64,000 nt of DNA. Origin: Somniosus microcephalus (Eukaryota). The notes below the pieces were generated by a model. The model made no database searches. It was not told where the DNA came from and was given only the letters and a program-made list of their open reading frames with translations. The stretch's first letter is position 1, and the number at the start of each line of letters is the position of its first letter. Made by a program: the position numbers and the translations under genes. The stretch is taken from assembly GCA_052327205.1 (NCBI GenBank), contig CM126212.1, positions 54,374,001 to 54,438,000 on the forward strand, in the 5' to 3' direction. Positions 62,701 to 64,000 of the stretch are shown here, piece by piece.

Positions 62701-62875
62701 ACAAAGGAATGAATCAATCATAAATAAACAGATTAGAAATTCAGCCTCTACCTTAGTCGAGGATTCTGTGCCAAACTCTGAACTCTTGCCCAGGTATAGT
62801 TACTGCGTGGCAGGAGCTCAAGGAGCACTTTCAGAGGAAGTCGGACGGGTTTCTGATCCTCTTCATCACTAATTC
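35629..62875 (-). CDS. CRAMP1: CRAMP1 (cramped chromatin regulator homologue), 5'-partial: complement(join(35629..35781,37227..37372,39571..39735,40452..40665,42140..42324,44025..44126,48484..48562,49964..50038,52584..52774,56363..56528,58219..59535,61709..61790,62752..62875)), ~998 aa in window
   Basis: 13 phase-consistent exons. Motifs DEEDQKPVRLPLK, WARVQSLAQNPRLRMMVELHRKVSSLIEFLK, LTLAELYLMLGKP, FAVPTILPPNSRH, LNGSDSSKSLPSPSSSP and VDSQLVCMMNESSVDYIARFNDLAQEL match remembered vertebrate CRAMP1. Confidence 0.93.
36659..36774 (-). mobile_element. Short Penelope tail fragment with 12-bp target duplication
   Basis: Homologous to 4943-5002; CACTAAAAGATA at 36647-36658 and 36775-36786. Confidence 0.8.
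37227..37372 (-). CDS. CRAMP1: CRAMP1 exon
   Basis: ttgcag|CA; LISPEKGRKML...LLDGNSRDSFVSRSLVDVSE; donor gtaaga. Confidence 0.92.
37495..37665 (+). mobile_element. tRNA-derived SINE 5' part
   Basis: Head tcagttggtagcactc...gagtcagaaggttgtgggtt, then the body shared with 60390-60530. Confidence 0.7.
39571..39735 (-). CDS. CRAMP1: CRAMP1 exon
   Basis: aaatag|GT; LSPTKLNGSDSSKSLPSPSSSPQRNWIPSPTHDPQWYP; donor gtaagt. Confidence 0.93.
39969..40126. mobile_element. hAT-type MITE
   Basis: TIR AAGTGTTCCCT...AGGGAACATTG; 8-bp flanks ATTACAAC/GTTACAAC. Confidence 0.82.
40452..40665 (-). CDS. CRAMP1: CRAMP1 exon
   Basis: gcacag|AGG; LQNGLS...PPNVSALLDISLPGPP...ISDSIIELAINSTQY; donor gtaagt. Confidence 0.9.
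42140..42324 (-). CDS. CRAMP1: CRAMP1 exon
   Basis: taccag|GT; AIDMAAKSAGIIPGSP...HQNGSSTAATATG; donor gtgagt. Confidence 0.9.
43121..43895 (+). mobile_element. 775-bp MITE with 18-bp TIR and 3-bp TSD (PIF/Harbinger-like), copy 1
   Basis: GGCCCAGAAATTCGGGTC...GACCCGAATTTCTGGGCC; AAT on both flanks; GC-rich arms and AT-rich core. Confidence 0.9.
44025..44126 (-). CDS. CRAMP1: CRAMP1 exon
   Basis: ttttag|GC; TGSFRPLQSSLSKASLARPIVPKAIP; donor gtaagt. Confidence 0.91.
44655..45010 (-). mobile_element. LINE 3' region (second CR1/L2-clade family)
   Basis: Shared with 53630-53790; abuts a G-rich tract and the assembly gap. Confidence 0.75.
45084..45301. other. Assembly gap (218 N)
   Basis: Run of N. 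Confidence 1.
45560..46460 (-). mobile_element. L2 LINE fragments
   Basis: caacttgcatttatata tail; ORF AYLLLKPSSMPLSPP; purine-rich L2 RT remnant. Confidence 0.75.
46668..47820 (+). mobile_element. CR1 3' part with two tandem 3'UTR tails
   Basis: ORFs 46696..47217 and 47160..47597 (RT); tails at ~47600-47686 and ~47735-47820. Confidence 0.93.
48205..48450 (+). mobile_element. Penelope pLTR/tail fragment
   Basis: Similar to 4730-5002. Confidence 0.8.
48355..48390 (+). ncRNA. Second, decayed hammerhead motif in a Penelope tail fragment
   Basis: agtt-CTGATGA-a-aggtc-atc-gaccg-GAAA-catt-aac; stem III CG changed to CA. Confidence 0.5.
48484..48562 (-). CDS. CRAMP1: CRAMP1 exon
   Basis: ttacag|AGA; RTLLPRPTGNSSQHVCSFSILSNSAT; donor gtatct. 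Confidence 0.9.
49300..49678 (-). mobile_element. tRNA-derived SINE with an L2-like tail, near full length
   Basis: acttgcatttatatagcac tail; gcagccattccacag core; gagtgctaccagctgag head (reverse complement). Confidence 0.75.
49964..50038 (-). CDS. CRAMP1: CRAMP1 exon (basic, NLS-like)
   Basis: tttcag|AGG; RQPDIYLPKQRKLRNNRPRKPLVVQ; donor gtaaaa. Confidence 0.9.
51401..52097. mobile_element. GC/CpG-rich MITE with a related TIR
   Basis: GGCCTAGAAATTCGGT...ACCGAATTTCTAGGCC; CAT on both flanks; repeated TTAGCGCC/GGCGCTAA motifs. Confidence 0.88.
52584..52774 (-). CDS. CRAMP1: CRAMP1 exon
   Basis: tttcag|GA; MRNVQK...FAVPTILPPNSRHNKMYSPSKETELTFRQQLDSFS; donor gtgagt. Confidence 0.93.
53630..54362 (-). 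mobile_element. LINE RT fragments (same family as 44655)
   Basis: KATGLDNIPAVMLK, NHRPISLLPIISK and QFGF RT motifs. Confidence 0.85.
55152..55923 (-). mobile_element. Same MITE family, copy 2, inverted relative to copy 1
   Basis: Same TIRs; colinear reverse complement of 43121-43895 along its length; TSD not clean (ATT/GAT). Confidence 0.9.
56363..56528 (-). CDS. CRAMP1: CRAMP1 exon
   Basis: gtatag|AGT; SPESSS...TPSGKVITLARSPGCVRN...TAAS; donor gttagt. Confidence 0.88.
58219..59535 (-). CDS. CRAMP1: CRAMP1 large exon (1317 nt)
   Basis: RKSLEERQ...LHLYPAENCTLTALPGVAKVVHSKA...ITTEVNPKP; donor gtaagt; contains ORF 58159..59481. Confidence 0.95.
59987..60143. mobile_element. hAT-type MITE nested in a SINE
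   Basis: TIR CAATGTTCCC...GGGAACGTTG; 8-bp flanks GCCTGCAG/GCCCGCAG. Confidence 0.85.
60163..60386 (+). mobile_element. L2 3' tail insertion
   Basis: Homologous to 27710-27905; (gtt)n end; GTCTC repeated at 60158-60162 and 60387-60391. Confidence 0.8.
61010..61671. mobile_element. Degenerate GC-rich MITE-like element inside the U12 intron
   Basis: Local GC and CpG elevation; ends in aaattggtccc, a TIR-like end. Confidence 0.4.
61709..61790 (-). CDS. CRAMP1: CRAMP1 exon upstream of the U12 intron
   Basis: ttgcag|G; MMVELHRKVSSLIEFLKHKWALQEFRI; donor gtatcctttt. Confidence 0.93.
62752..62875 (-). CDS. CRAMP1: CRAMP1 exon (first in window)
   Basis: ttcttag|GA; ISDEEDQKPVRLPLK...AQNPRL; donor gtagag. 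Confidence 0.92.
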
Positions 62876-63374
62876 CTAAGAACAATTAAAAAAAGACAGT
62901 TAAAAGACAGTTTGGGGGGGGGGGGGGGGGGGAAAAGGGAAAGACAGGAGGGAACAGAGGGCCTCCAGCCTCTTGCCGTTCACCCACAGGAAGAAAGAGT
63001 CAATGGCCAGGGGGTTGAAGGGGAAGAGGTAAGGGTACTGATGGGAGTGAGGGGTAGTGGGAAATAGAAGAGATAATGGCAAAATAAAGGTATAGGGGTT
63101 GTAAATGGAGGAAGGGGGCGAGAGGAAGTACAAGTGATTCGGGTAGGGATGGGAACGGAGTTTTTGAGGGCCATATTTTCCTCAAAACGTCACCCCAAAT
63201 TCAGACTGCAGCCTTGGTGGTCTTTTTTGTCGCCACACTATCCACCACCTATTACCCAAAAGGAAAGAAGAAAAGACAGAGAAGTAAAAGAGGAATGAGA
63301 GAAGCTTTAAACTTGTCATGCTGTAATTATACCCTCCTGGCAATGGTGGGGGTACAGTGCCTCCACTGGCAGAA

Positions 63375-64000
63375 GAGCGGACACGTGGCAGATGAAATTT
63401 AACGCAGAAAAGTGCAAAGTGATACATTTTGGTAGGAAGAACAAGGAGAGGCAATATAATCTTAAGGGTACAATTCTAAAGGGGATGCATGAAGAGAGAC
63501 ACCTGGGGGTATATGTGCGCAAATCATTGAAGGTGGCAGGACAGGTTGAGAAAAAAAAGCATACAGGATCCTGGGCTTTATAAATAGAGGCATAGAGTAC
63601 AAAAGCAAGGAAGTTATGATGAACCTTTATAAAACACTGGCTCGGCCACAACTGGAGTATTGTGTCCAATTCTGGACACCGTACTTTAAGAAAGATGTGA
63701 AGGCCTTAGAGAGGGTGCAGAAAAGATTTACAAGAATGGTTCCAGGGACTTCAGTTATGTGGATAGACTAGAGAAGCTGGGGTTGTTCTCTTTAGAGCAG
63801 AGACGGTTGCGAGGAGATCAAAATCATGAGGGGTCTAGACAGAGTAGATAGAGAGAAACTGTTCCCATTGGCAGAAGGGTCAAGAACCAAAGGACACAGA
63901 TTTAAGGTGATTGGCAGAAGAACCAAACGCAACACGAGGAAAAACTTTTTTTACGCAGCGAGTGGTTATGATCTGGAAGGCACTGCCTGAAATGGTGCTG
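63375..64000 (+). mobile_element. CR1 RT 3' fragment, runs off the window
   Basis: WQMKFNAEKCKVIHFG and [11 protein letters not shown] motifs with frameshifts. Confidence 0.9.

Noticed and set aside
4829-62932. Recurrent poly-C/poly-G runs and (GT)n/(GGT)n tracts
   Set aside because: Common simple repeats with no periodic repeat-spacer structure; no CRISPR-like array in the window

Overview
Eukaryotic vertebrate DNA, most likely a cartilaginous fish (shark or ray), inferred from the CR1, L2, Penelope, SINE and MITE repeat content. Two convergent protein-coding genes are present. WDR24 (GATOR2 subunit, + strand) has a complete CDS of 9 coding exons, 8215-21930, ~785 aa. CRAMP1 (cramped homologue, - strand) is represented by its 3' 13 coding exons, 62875-35629, ~998 aa; its 5' exons lie beyond the window. 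Introns and intergenic DNA hold nested CR1 LINEs, Penelope-like element relics with hammerhead-ribozyme motifs, L2/SINE fragments, hAT-type and 3-bp-TSD MITEs, and one 218-N assembly gap. Highlights: (1) a textbook U12 minor-spliceosome intron in CRAMP1; (2) an inverted pair of ~775-bp MITEs bracketing four CRAMP1 exons that total 447 nt, a candidate circRNA with a stop-free ORF; (3) Penelope hammerhead motifs, including a fragment that begins at the predicted cleavage site with a fold-back; (4) a ~26-bp micro-inversion inside a CR1. No prokaryotic-type system or clearly new gene family is supported. Gene and repeat identities come from manual translation and remembered family features, not database searches.
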